64,000 nt of DNA. Origin: Acetobacteraceae bacterium. GTDB taxonomy: Bacteria; Pseudomonadota; Alphaproteobacteria; Acetobacterales; Acetobacteraceae. Shown piece by piece: positions 1 through 8,204 of this stretch. The position numbers and the translations under genes were made by a program. Location of the stretch: positions 60,496-124,495 of the forward strand of contig CBDDMJ010000009.1 in NCBI GenBank assembly GCA_965231175.1, in the 5' to 3' direction. Below the pieces are notes generated by a model, which was not told the DNA's origin, made no database searches, and was given only the letters and a program-made list of their open reading frames with translations. Every line of letters starts with the position of its first letter. Positions within the stretch are counted from its first letter, which is position 1.

Positions 1-123
1 CCGAACAACGCACAAGCCGCCGCACTGGCCACAGCCTCCGCCGCGCTGGGCGCCACCGTGGCTGATGAGCTGGTGGCCATGGCAGTGCGGTTCGTGCGGT
101 ATGTGGCGATGGCGGTAAGTTAA
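1..123 (+). CDS. 3' end of an unidentified CDS (5' part outside the window)
   Basis: Frame 1 is open from position 1 and ends ...VRFVRYVAMAVS* at TAA 121-123. Codon style is like the neighbours. No family was recognised. Confidence 0.3.
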   Translation, partial: PNNAQAAALATASAALGATVADELVAMAVRFVRYVAMAVS

Positions 124-325
124 GGAAGGAAGCACTTCTTTTTGTGAACAAAAAGAAGCAAAAAAACTTTATTAATTTGGGTTCGGGGGCGTGGTTGGTT
201 CAACGCCCATGGTCTGGCATAAAATTTATGCTGGGTCCGGGACGTTGTCCGCATCGCGGCCCATGTCCTTAAGGGGCAAAACTTTTTCGGCGCAGCTTTT
301 TTTCAAAAAAGCTGCTGCTTGCTTT
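122..325. repeat. MITE/REP-like nested palindromic intergenic element, copy E1 (long form)
   Basis: Left end is AAGGAAGGAAGCA + hairpin CTTCTTTTTGT/ACAAAAAGAAG + CAAAAAAACTTT. The interior has a GGGCGT..AACGCCC hairpin and a CTGGCATAAAATTTATGCTGG palindrome. The right end hairpin is CAGCTTTTTT/AAAAAAGCTG + CTGCTTGC. Confidence 0.8.
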
Positions 326-480
326 CAGGACCAGACCGTCAACAATCCGACCACCAGCAGGGCGCCGATGGCGCCGAGGACGTTGAACAGCAGGAATTTG
401 GTGAACCAGTTCCAGCCGGTTTGGCTGGTTTGGTCGAATTCGTTTTCGATTTCGGCGGTGTTTGTGGGTTGTGCGTCCAT
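325..480 (-). CDS. small single-TM membrane protein (51 aa), not in the supplied ORF track
   Basis: ATG at 480-478 and TGA at 327-325 give MDAQPTNTAEIENEFDQTSQTGWNWFTKFLLFNVLGAIGALLVVGLLTVWS. It has a polar N-terminus followed by one hydrophobic helix. The gene fits exactly between purN and element E1. Confidence 0.4.
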   Translation of the reverse strand: MDAQPTNTAEIENEFDQTSQTGWNWFTKFLLFNVLGAIGALLVVGLLTVWS

Positions 481-489
481 GATCGGCTT

Positions 490-1101
490 TTACGGGCTGC
501 CGGGTGCGGTTTGCAAGCGGTTTACGTAGGCGGCGAGGGCTGCCGGATAGAGCAGGTGTTCTTGCGCCAGGACGCGGTCTGCCAGGGTGTCCGGGGTGTC
601 GTCGGGGAGTACCGGGACTTCAGCTTGCATCAGGATCGGGCCTTCGTCCATTGTTTCGGTGACCAGATGTACGGTGCAGCCGTGGCGGGACAGGCCGGCG
701 GCGAGGGCCCGGGCGTGGGTTTCAAGGCCGGGTAGGGCCGGGAGCAGGCTGGGGTGGATGTTCAGCATGCGGCCGGCCCAGCGGTTGACGAGGTATGGCG
801 TCAGCAGGCGCATGTAGCCGGCGAGGCAGACGATATCGATGGCGGCGTCGGTAAGGGCGGCGTCGATGGCGGCTTCGTGGGCGGCGCGGTTCTCACCGTG
901 GGGGCGGCTGGGGATGGCCTGGGTGGCGATGCCGGCGGCGGCGGCGCTGGCAAGGCCGGGGGCGCCGGCGCGATTGGAGATGACAAGGGCAATTTGCGCG
1001 GGGTAGTCCGGCTGGGCGGCGGCCTGGATGAGGGCGGCCATGTTGGAGCCGCGGCCGGAGATGAGGATCGCCACGCGCGGTTTGGCGCCTGGCTGAGTCA
1101 C
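490..1101 (-). CDS. purN: phosphoribosylglycinamide formyltransferase
   Basis: 203 aa with [21 protein letters not shown] and [17 protein letters not shown], which are typical PurN blocks. It overlaps the purM stop by 4 nt. Confidence 0.9.
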   Translation of the reverse strand: MTQPGAKPRVAILISGRGSNMAALIQAAAQPDYPAQIALVISNRAGAPGLASAAAAGIATQAIPSRPHGENRAAHEAAIDAALTDAAIDIVCLAGYMRLLTPYLVNRWAGRMLNIHPSLLPALPGLETHARALAAGLSRHGCTVHLVTETMDEGPILMQAEVPVLPDDTPDTLADRVLAQEHLLYPAALAAYVNRLQTAPGSP

Positions 1102-2099
1102 GCGAACAACTGCTCGGTGTTTTCGATGGTGACGCCGGGTGCAGCGGTAACGGCGCCGAGGCGGAACGGTTGTTCGCCTTGCTGTTGCAGGAGGGCTGTG
1201 GCGGCGGCGGCATCCGTTACCACCAGCGCCATGCCGATGCCGCAGTTGAAGACCCGCAGCATTTCATCCGGAGCGATGCCGCCGGTGCGCGCCAGGTGGC
1301 CGAAAATGGGCGGCATCGGCCAGGGGGCGGTGAGCGACGCGCCGCAGCCCGGCGGCAGGACGCGCGGCAGATTGCCGGGCAGGCCGCCGCCGGTGATATG
1401 CGCGGCGGCTTTCAGCAACCCGGCCTGGTGCAAAGCCAGCACCGGCTGCACGTAGATTCTGGTGGGCGTCAGCAAGGCGGGGTCGAGCGGCAGGCAGGCG
1501 TCCGACAGGATGCGCCGGACCAGGGAAAACCCGTTGGAATGGATGCCAGAGCTTGGCAGCGCCAGGATGGCGTCGCCGGGGGCGACATCGCGCGGCAGCA
1601 GCGTGCCGCGCTCAGCCGCACCCACAGCGAAACCGGCGAGATCGTAATCCCCGCCCGCATACATGCCCGGCATTTCCGCGGTCTCGCCGCCGACCAGTGC
1701 GCAGCCGGCCTGACGGCAGCCTTCGGCGATGCCGGCGATGATGGTGGCGGCGGCCGCGACATCGAGCGCGCCGGTGGCGAAATAATCCAGAAAGAATAAC
1801 GGCGTGGCGCCCTGGACGATCAGGTCGTTGACGCACATCGCCACCAGGTCGATGCCGACATGGTCGTGGATGCCGGTTTCGATGGCGAGCTTCAGCTTGG
1901 TGCCGACGCCGTCCGTGGTGGAGACCAGGATGGGGTCCGTGAAGCCGGCAGCCCGCAGGTCGAACAACGCGCCGAAACCGCCGATGCCGCCGAGCACGCC
2001 GGGACGCAAGGTGGATTTCGCCAGCGGCTTGATGGCCTCCACCAGCGCCTCGCCGGCAGCGATGTCGACGCCGGCATCGCGGTAGGTCAGGCTGGCCAT
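1098..2099 (-). CDS. purM: phosphoribosylformylglycinamidine cyclo-ligase (AIR synthetase)
   Basis: [20 protein letters not shown]... with GGFGALF and DGVGTKLK blocks. The start was chosen at the internal ATG 2099-2097, because the ORF-track N-terminal extension has no PurM-like sequence. Confidence 0.9.
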   Translation of the reverse strand: MASLTYRDAGVDIAAGEALVEAIKPLAKSTLRPGVLGGIGGFGALFDLRAAGFTDPILVSTTDGVGTKLKLAIETGIHDHVGIDLVAMCVNDLIVQGATPLFFLDYFATGALDVAAAATIIAGIAEGCRQAGCALVGGETAEMPGMYAGGDYDLAGFAVGAAERGTLLPRDVAPGDAILALPSSGIHSNGFSLVRRILSDACLPLDPALLTPTRIYVQPVLALHQAGLLKAAAHITGGGLPGNLPRVLPPGCGASLTAPWPMPPIFGHLARTGGIAPDEMLRVFNCGIGMALVVTDAAAATALLQQQGEQPFRLGAVTAAPGVTIENTEQLFA

Positions 2100-2212
2100 A
2101 TGAAACTCCGATGCTGGCTTTGTTTTGGTGAATAAACGCTTTAGATGGATGGGATGGATATGACTGCCTGCCTGCCTTTCACCATAACCGCTTTGCGCGC
2201 GCAATATTTCGC

Positions 2213-3307
2213 ATGAACCAGCTGGTGCCGGGCAGCAGAGTGCAGTGGCAGCGTGTGCTGCTGGTGGGTATCGTGATTCTGGTGCTGTGGGAATGTCTGC
2301 GGCTGTTCTCCTCCATACTCACCCCGTTCGTGGTGGCGGCCGGGGTGGCGTATTTTCTGGACCCGGCGGTCAGCCGCATCAGCCGGCTCGGGGTGCCACG
2401 GGCAGTGGCAGCCCTCGGGATGCTGCTGGCGGCGGTGATCCTGATCACCCTGTTCGTGCTGCTGCTGTACCCGGTGATCGTCTCGCAGATCAGTCAGCTG
2501 GTCAGCAACCTGCCGGGCTATATCGTGATGGTGCAGAAGGAAATCGGGGTGATCCTGACCGAGGTGGAACACCGGCTGGGACCGGGGCAGATGAGCCAGA
2601 AGCTGCGCGACCTTGCCTCCAACCAGGCCGGCAACATCATGTCCATCGCCGGTACCGCGGCAACCAGCATCATCGGCAGCAGCTTTGCCGTGGTCAACGT
2701 ACTGACCCTGCTGATCATCACGCCGATCGTGGCGTTCTATTTCATTCGCGACTGGCCGGCGATCGTGCGCCATGTGGATACCTGGCTGCCACGCCCGTAT
2801 GAAGGCGTGATCCGCGCCCAGGCCGTGGAAGTGAACCGCATCCTGGCCGCCTGGATACGCGGCCAGGCGATTTGCTGTCTGATGCTGGCGACCATCTACG
2901 CCGTCGGCCTGACCATCGTCGGGCTTGACCTCGGGCTGATCGTCGGCCTCGCCGCCGGGTTTCTCTCCTTCATCCCCTATGTCGGCACCATCGTCGGCGC
3001 CCTGGCGGCAGTCGGCCTGTCGCTCAGCCAGGCGCCCGGCTGGCACGGCGTCCTCTCGGTGCTCGCCGTGTTCGCGGTCGGGCAGGCGCTGAACGACTAC
3101 CTCATCCAGCCGCGCTTCCTCGGCGACCGGGTGGGGCTGCACGCCGTCTGGGTGATCTTCGCCCTGTTCGCCGGCGGTGCCGCCTTCGGCTTCCTCGGCA
3201 TCATGCTGGCAGTGCCGGTAACCGCAACCCTCGGCGTGCTGGCCCGCTTCTGGCTGCGACGATACCTGCAAAGCTCCCTGTACCTGGACGCACCACCGGG
3301 GGCGTGA
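2213..3307 (+). CDS. AI-2E family (PerM/UPF0118) membrane transporter
   Basis: 364 aa, polytopic. Sequence blocks such as [13 protein letters not shown] and [10 protein letters not shown] are typical of the family. Confidence 0.85.
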   Translation: MNQLVPGSRVQWQRVLLVGIVILVLWECLRLFSSILTPFVVAAGVAYFLDPAVSRISRLGVPRAVAALGMLLAAVILITLFVLLLYPVIVSQISQLVSNLPGYIVMVQKEIGVILTEVEHRLGPGQMSQKLRDLASNQAGNIMSIAGTAATSIIGSSFAVVNVLTLLIITPIVAFYFIRDWPAIVRHVDTWLPRPYEGVIRAQAVEVNRILAAWIRGQAICCLMLATIYAVGLTIVGLDLGLIVGLAAGFLSFIPYVGTIVGALAAVGLSLSQAPGWHGVLSVLAVFAVGQALNDYLIQPRFLGDRVGLHAVWVIFALFAGGAAFGFLGIMLAVPVTATLGVLARFWLRRYLQSSLYLDAPPGA

Positions 3308-3317
3308 GGCGTTGGTG

Positions 3318-3528
3318 AGGAAGAAAGGAAGAAGGAAGTGACTTCTTTTTGTGAACAAAAAGAAGCAAAAAAACTTTATTAGTTTGGGCCTGAGACTTGG
3401 TTAGCAAAACGCCCATGGCCCAGCATAAATTTTATTCTGGGTTCGGAGGCGTTGTCTCTATCAAAGCCCCTGCCCTAGCATGGCAAAAGTTTTTTGCTTC
3501 TTTTTTTCAAAAAAGAAGTGCTTGCTGC
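3318..3528. repeat. MITE/REP-like element, copy E2 (long form)
   Basis: Same module order as E1. It has the CTTCTTTTTGT/ACAAAAAGAAG hairpin, AACGCCCATGGCCCAGCATAAATTTTATTCTGGG, and a CTTCTTTTTT/AAAAAAGAAG hairpin followed by TGCTTGC. Confidence 0.8.
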
Positions 3529-3532
3529 CCTG

Positions 3533-4267
3533 TTAAGCCGCATCCACGAGGACACGGCGGCCGGAGGGGCGGCGTTTCAGGGGGATTACGGCGTGCAGGT
3601 CTTTGCAGGCTTCGGCGACGGTCAGGCCGGCCAGTTGCGGGGCGAGGGTGGCGCCGGCGCGTTCCCAGAGGTTGAAGAGCCGCAGGTTGAACTTCCAGGT
3701 GAGCGGGGGGGTGAACAGGATGTTGTCCTGGCGTTCGACCTGGAAGAACAGGCTGGCGAGCAGGCGGGCGAGCTGGCCGGTGGAGTATGGCTGGCCGTGG
3801 CCGAAGGGGGTGGATTCCGCATAGGCCCACAGGCTGCGGCGGTTGGGGGCGATGACGATCAGCCGGCCGTCGTCTTTCAGGACGCGCCAGGCTTCGCGCA
3901 TCAGGCGGCGTGCATTGTCGGCCTGGTCCAGCGCGTGGATCAGCAGGATGCGGTCGAACGACAGGTCTGCGAAGGGCAACGCGTCTTCCTCGGCGGTGCA
4001 GGCCAGGCTGGCGCGCCCGGCTGGCCAGGGCGCCTGGCCCAGTTGCTGCGGTGACAGGGCGATGCAGCGGGCAGCCTGGCCGCGCCACAGCCGCAGGTAA
4101 GGGCCGGTATGGCCGATGCCGAGGATGGATTGCCCGGCGCCGGTGGGCCATATATCCAGCAATTGCCGGCGCAACCGTTGCGCGGTGAGAGCGCCAAGCG
4201 GTGTGCCGTAAAATTCTGCTACATCTCGTGCATCGATCGCCATACCGTCTATATACCATGAAAACAT
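3533..4267 (-). CDS. class I SAM-dependent methyltransferase
   Basis: 244 aa with ILGIGHTGPY, DRILLIHALD and LKDDGRLIVIAPNR, giving a methyltransferase type-11-like layout. It is divergent from gloB. Confidence 0.75.
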   Translation of the reverse strand: MFSWYIDGMAIDARDVAEFYGTPLGALTAQRLRRQLLDIWPTGAGQSILGIGHTGPYLRLWRGQAARCIALSPQQLGQAPWPAGRASLACTAEEDALPFADLSFDRILLIHALDQADNARRLMREAWRVLKDDGRLIVIAPNRRSLWAYAESTPFGHGQPYSTGQLARLLASLFFQVERQDNILFTPPLTWKFNLRLFNLWERAGATLAPQLAGLTVAEACKDLHAVIPLKRRPSGRRVLVDAA

Positions 4268-4284
4268 GTTCAGGAGAGATGATT

Positions 4285-5010
4285 ATGACTGTGACCGCCA
4301 CTGCCGTGCCCATGTTGACGGATAATTATGCCTGGTTGTTGCGTGAATCGGCGACCGGGAAAATCGCCATTGTCGACCCGGCCGAGGCAGCCCCGGCGAT
4401 CGCTGCCATCGACGCTTTGGGCGGCAAGCTCGATTACATATTTCTCACCCACCACCATGGCGACCATATAGACGGCGTGCCGGAATTGGTTGAGCGTTAT
4501 CACCCCGCTGTAATCGGCAATGCCGGGGATGCCCACCGTTTGCCGAAACTCGACAATGCTGTGCATGAAGGCGATCTGGTGAATTTCGGTGCCGCCAAGG
4601 CCCGCGTCATCGACGCCCCCGGCCATACGCTCGGGCATATTGCTTATTACATCGCCGATGGCGGCATATTATGCTGCGGCGATACCATGTTCAGCCTGGG
4701 TTGCGGGCGGCTGTTCGAGGGCACGCCGGCGGACATGTTTGGCAGTTTGCAGAAATTCGCTGATCTGCCGAAAGACACGCTGGTTTGTGCCGGCCATGAA
4801 TATACCCAGAGCAATGCCAAATTCGCCCTGGCCATGGACCCGGACAATGAGGCCCTTAAAACCCGCGCCGATGAGGTGACCCGCCTGCGTGCCGCCGGCC
4901 AGGCCACTCTGCCGGTGAAGCTGGCAACCGAGCTGGCAACCAACCCGTTCCTGCGCGCGCCGGATGCGGAGACATTGGGGAATTTGCGGAAGGCCAAGGA
5001 TCATTTTTAG
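4285..5010 (+). CDS. gloB: hydroxyacylglutathione hydrolase (glyoxalase II)
   Basis: MTVTATAVPMLTDNYAWLL..., with the metallo-beta-lactamase motif THHHGDH and GHTLGH. The ATG at 4285 lies 7 nt after AGGAGA. Confidence 0.85.
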   Translation: MTVTATAVPMLTDNYAWLLRESATGKIAIVDPAEAAPAIAAIDALGGKLDYIFLTHHHGDHIDGVPELVERYHPAVIGNAGDAHRLPKLDNAVHEGDLVNFGAAKARVIDAPGHTLGHIAYYIADGGILCCGDTMFSLGCGRLFEGTPADMFGSLQKFADLPKDTLVCAGHEYTQSNAKFALAMDPDNEALKTRADEVTRLRAAGQATLPVKLATELATNPFLRAPDAETLGNLRKAKDHF

Positions 5011-5081
5011 AAGGCAAGGAAGCAGCAGGTAAACCGGCGGGCCAATGTGTTTTCAATGCAGTGGGATTGTTTTCGCATTTA

Positions 5082-6779
5082 TCAAAGATTTCCAGCGGCC
5101 AATAGATCGGCTGCGTGATGGGCGGCGCGGGCGGATAACGCCATATAGGTCAGGGACGGGTTTTGAACTGCGGTGGATGTCATGCAGGCGCCATCCGTAA
5201 TGAATAAATTTCCTACATCGTGGCACTGGTTCCATCCATTCAGCACCGAGGTTTTTGGATCCCGTCCCATACGGGCTGTACCCATTTCGTGAATGCAGTC
5301 TCCCGGTATGCTTGGAACAATCGTTTCAGGTTCAGGGCTATCGATATCCACAGCGCCGATTTTTTGAAGAATTTCAACGGCGTCTTTTGACGCTGCACGA
5401 ACGAGTTTCCATTCATTCTTGCCCATGACAGCATCGATATCGGCAATCGCCCCACCCCATTGGTCGGTTCCGCCCTTGTAAATCCGCACGCGATTTTCTG
5501 AATTCGGCAGGGTTTCGCCGAACATATCCAGGGTGACGCGCCAATTCCCCGGCATGCGGTTGCTTTTCTTGAAGGCTTCCCCGATACCGGGCCGGTTCCC
5601 CGACCAGCCCGGACGCGCGCAGTATACCTGGAAAGCAAACCCGCGCAGATAGGCTTCATCGATTTCCGTTACGTTTCGATAACGTGGAATGTAACTGGGG
5701 GTGGGGCGCCTGCCCGAATAATATTCATCCTCAAATCCCGGTAATGTGGCGCTGATGCGCGGCCCGCGCACATGGTCCATGAGATTTCTACCAACCTGAT
5801 CGCTCCGATTGGCCAGGCCATTCGGAAAGCTTGCAGATTTTGAATTCAACAGGATGAGCGCCGTGGCGATTGTCGAGGCATTTAGAAATATCAGCCTTGC
5901 ATTATAGATGCGCCGTTCTCTGGTTTGCGTATCGATCACATTGACGCCGGTTACCTTTTGGGTCCGGGCGTCATAATTGACCGAATTTACGATCGTATCC
6001 GTCAGAACGGTTAAATTTCCGGTCTGTCTGGCGGCGGGAATTGTAGCCGAGACAGATGAGAAATAAGCGCCGAAGCTGCATCCATGAAAACATTGGTTGC
6101 GTACCTGACACTGTCCGCGACCGAGGGCGGCCTGTTGGTCCGTTACCCGGCGGAGATTTGCCACCCTGCCGATGATGAGTTTGCGCGTCGGGTAATTCGT
6201 TTCAAGACGTTTCTTGAATTCTGTTTCTGCACAGGTCATCTCGAACGGCGGCAGAAAATCGCCGTCGGGTAATTGGGCAAGCCCTTCCGTAGTACCGGAT
6301 ATACCGATAAATGGCTCAATTTTGTCGTACCAGGGGGCGATGTCTTCATACCTGATGGGCCAATCGACGCCGTGCCCATCTTTAAGATTTGCTTCAAAAT
6401 CCATTGGCGACCAACGATAGCAGAGCCGGCCCCACATTAATGAACGGCCACCGAGCTGGTAACCACGCCGCCATTTATAGGGTTTGTTTTGGGCCGTGCG
6501 GTAAGGGTGCTCGCTGTCCTTAACCCAGAATTGTTTTGTAGACTCCTTGAAAGCGTAAAGGTCATTCTGCACCGGATAATCCCGCGCCACCTCGTCCTCC
6601 GATACGCGATCGAGATTTGTGGTCTCCCATGGATCAAGCATATCCGTGTAATCTTTTGCAGGTTCGATATCGCGGCCGCGTTCGATCATCAAAACCTTCA
6701 GGCCGCGTTGCGTCAGTTCCTTGCCGACCCATCCACCGCTGATGCCCGAGCCTACGACGATTGCATCGAAATCAGACAT
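5082..6779 (-). CDS. GMC-family FAD oxidoreductase (large subunit of a membrane/periplasmic sugar dehydrogenase type)
   Basis: 565 aa with the N-terminal FAD fold DAIVVGSGISGGWVGKEL and a C-terminal GMC block HEMGTARMG. It is the last gene of the lower-GC minus-strand operon. Confidence 0.85.
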   Translation of the reverse strand: MSDFDAIVVGSGISGGWVGKELTQRGLKVLMIERGRDIEPAKDYTDMLDPWETTNLDRVSEDEVARDYPVQNDLYAFKESTKQFWVKDSEHPYRTAQNKPYKWRRGYQLGGRSLMWGRLCYRWSPMDFEANLKDGHGVDWPIRYEDIAPWYDKIEPFIGISGTTEGLAQLPDGDFLPPFEMTCAETEFKKRLETNYPTRKLIIGRVANLRRVTDQQAALGRGQCQVRNQCFHGCSFGAYFSSVSATIPAARQTGNLTVLTDTIVNSVNYDARTQKVTGVNVIDTQTRERRIYNARLIFLNASTIATALILLNSKSASFPNGLANRSDQVGRNLMDHVRGPRISATLPGFEDEYYSGRRPTPSYIPRYRNVTEIDEAYLRGFAFQVYCARPGWSGNRPGIGEAFKKSNRMPGNWRVTLDMFGETLPNSENRVRIYKGGTDQWGGAIADIDAVMGKNEWKLVRAASKDAVEILQKIGAVDIDSPEPETIVPSIPGDCIHEMGTARMGRDPKTSVLNGWNQCHDVGNLFITDGACMTSTAVQNPSLTYMALSARAAHHAADLLAAGNL

Positions 6780-6816
6780 TCGTCATTCCTCTGAAAGGTT
6801 GGTTTCGCCTGCAATA

Positions 6817-7407
6817 TCAGCCATCCGTTGCCCAGGTTTTACCCACAGGCGTGCAGGCATTCCAGACCCCGGGAATAGCGTGATACCGCAATTCAATTGT
6901 CGCGCCGGGTTTGGATAAATAATAACTTTCGGCGATCGTCGATTTGATTTCCAGATAATCCTTAAGTGGATGATCGGCTGCGGAAAATATTTCCTGGTCG
7001 AGCGGCTTCAACCGGGCGAAACGCTGTGCCGGAGACAGGGCGATGAAGCTTCCCTCAGGCCCGTTCAGCTGGTTTTGCAGCCGGGCAAACACTGTTCGCC
7101 AGCGCCGTTTTGTATCCGGTGATGCCCAGCTGCAAAATAATTCGCCCAGAATAGCGGGAACGCCTGCTGCGAGTGCGCCTGGGGTCTCCGTCGCGGGAAT
7201 GATTGTATCGGCAAGTGCTTCCAGAAAGATGGCTTCTTTTGCGGTCAGCCTGCTTGTCTCCATCGGAGACGTGCGCCCATGGATGGGTGCGACGATCGTT
7301 ACAGCCAGCAGGTTTTGTATGAATGCGCGGCGACTCGCGTCGGCAGTTACTTTTGGCTTTTCTGATATCCCGGTTTTAGCGGCGGCAATTTTGAATGGCT
7401 CATCCAA
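6817..7407 (-). CDS. gluconate 2-dehydrogenase subunit 3 family protein (small Tat-signal subunit)
   Basis: 196 aa with a twin-arginine-like signal SRRAFIQNLLAVTIVAP. LTAKEAIFLEALADTIIP..TPGA is typical of this family. It lies immediately upstream of the GMC gene. Confidence 0.75.
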   Translation of the reverse strand: MDEPFKIAAAKTGISEKPKVTADASRRAFIQNLLAVTIVAPIHGRTSPMETSRLTAKEAIFLEALADTIIPATETPGALAAGVPAILGELFCSWASPDTKRRWRTVFARLQNQLNGPEGSFIALSPAQRFARLKPLDQEIFSAADHPLKDYLEIKSTIAESYYLSKPGATIELRYHAIPGVWNACTPVGKTWATDG

Positions 7408-8164
7408 AGAATTGTTCCGGATAGAGAGAGTTATTTGGCGTTGTTTTACTCATCGAAGCGAAGAAATCTTTTTCATAAACCCGAAAAAAAACGGCGACTC
7501 TCTGGCCCGGATGACTTCGTTCAAAGTTGCAGTGAGGAACATTTCCAGAAACGACGAACACCGAGCCTGCCGGGCCCAGCATGGGCTTGGACCCGGGGTC
7601 ATCCAAGCTGCATGAATAGCAATACTGATAGGCTTTTCCGGTTTGACCCGCCTGCAAAGCCGCGGTCACCGGCTCGCGCAGGGCTGGCCATACCACGAAA
7701 GCACCATCGTTCTTGCTGAAGACGTCATCGAGATAGACAAATATGATTGCCACGGGAGTCTTTGGAGATGGCGTTTTTTCCGCTTCCGGAAAACCATCCA
7801 AATGGGGAGCGTTGGCTAATCCGCCGGTCTCTCTGACGGCAATTTGCGGATTAATAACGCAACGCAATGGCGTTGCCGTGTGGATGCCAAGCAAAAAATT
7901 CAAGCCGCGCTTTTCCACCACCGCGCGCAACCTGTTCAAGGCAAATGCGTCGCTGGGTTCGCCGATCCAATCAGCGACGCTTGCATCGATCAGTTTCTGA
8001 CACGCCGTTACATAAGCGATCTGGTTGCGTTCCTGCTCGGTTTGACCGCTGTCGTAGGCTGCGAGAATTTCGTTGCGAACATCTTCGACCAGCGCGGCAG
8101 GTAGTTTTTCCGCGAACTCGGCAACCCCATGCGTTTGATACCGGGAATGATCTACTGCTATCAT
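7400..8164 (-). CDS. PhyH-like Fe(II)/2-oxoglutarate dioxygenase family protein (tentative)
   Basis: 254 aa. It has a possible facial triad, H-x-D in APHLDG and a distal H in GNVPHCN, followed by R (GQRVAVFFR). It overlaps the next gene by 8 nt. Confidence 0.5.
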   Translation of the reverse strand: MIAVDHSRYQTHGVAEFAEKLPAALVEDVRNEILAAYDSGQTEQERNQIAYVTACQKLIDASVADWIGEPSDAFALNRLRAVVEKRGLNFLLGIHTATPLRCVINPQIAVRETGGLANAPHLDGFPEAEKTPSPKTPVAIIFVYLDDVFSKNDGAFVVWPALREPVTAALQAGQTGKAYQYCYSCSLDDPGSKPMLGPAGSVFVVSGNVPHCNFERSHPGQRVAVFFRVYEKDFFASMSKTTPNNSLYPEQFFG

Positions 8165-8204
8165 GTGGGGTCTTTCCAGTGGGAAGATCGGCTCGAAACG
8201 CTGT

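Noticed and set aside
131-170. Interpreting the repeat terminal hairpins as classical Rho-independent terminators
   Set aside because: The stems are mostly A/T and are followed by an A-run plus CTTT rather than a U-tract on the transcript of the upstream gene. A 3'-end function is possible but cannot be claimed from sequence.
191-529. ORFs whose translations recur across the window (e.g. ...KVFLLLFVHKKK..., ...SFFKKEVLA..., ...MVSKTPMAQHKFYSG...). Examples are 191-529, 3397-3675, 3201-3416, 16795-17016, 26485-26685, 33334-33585, 52707-52889 and 56206-56583.
   Set aside because: They are read-throughs of the MITE/REP-like repeat copies. Their similarity reflects the DNA repeat, not a protein family.
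2141-3358. A 405-aa ORF antisense to the AI-2E transporter gene. Similar long shadow ORFs occur elsewhere, e.g. 3507-4313(-), 13789-14703(+), 18590-19618(+), 35877-37325(+), 36743-37813(+), 57583-59244(-), 60722-62533(-) and 62537-63877(-).
   Set aside because: These are typical high-GC shadow frames. They are Arg/Gly/Pro/His-rich low-complexity translations with no recognisable domains. Each fully overlaps a gene with clear family motifs on the other strand or frame.
5013-5031. AAGGCAAGGAAGCAGCAGG just after the gloB stop, resembling the repeat terminal motif
   Set aside because: It has no hairpin or internal modules, so I did not count it as a repeat copy. I mention it only as a possible remnant or target site at the island's left edge.
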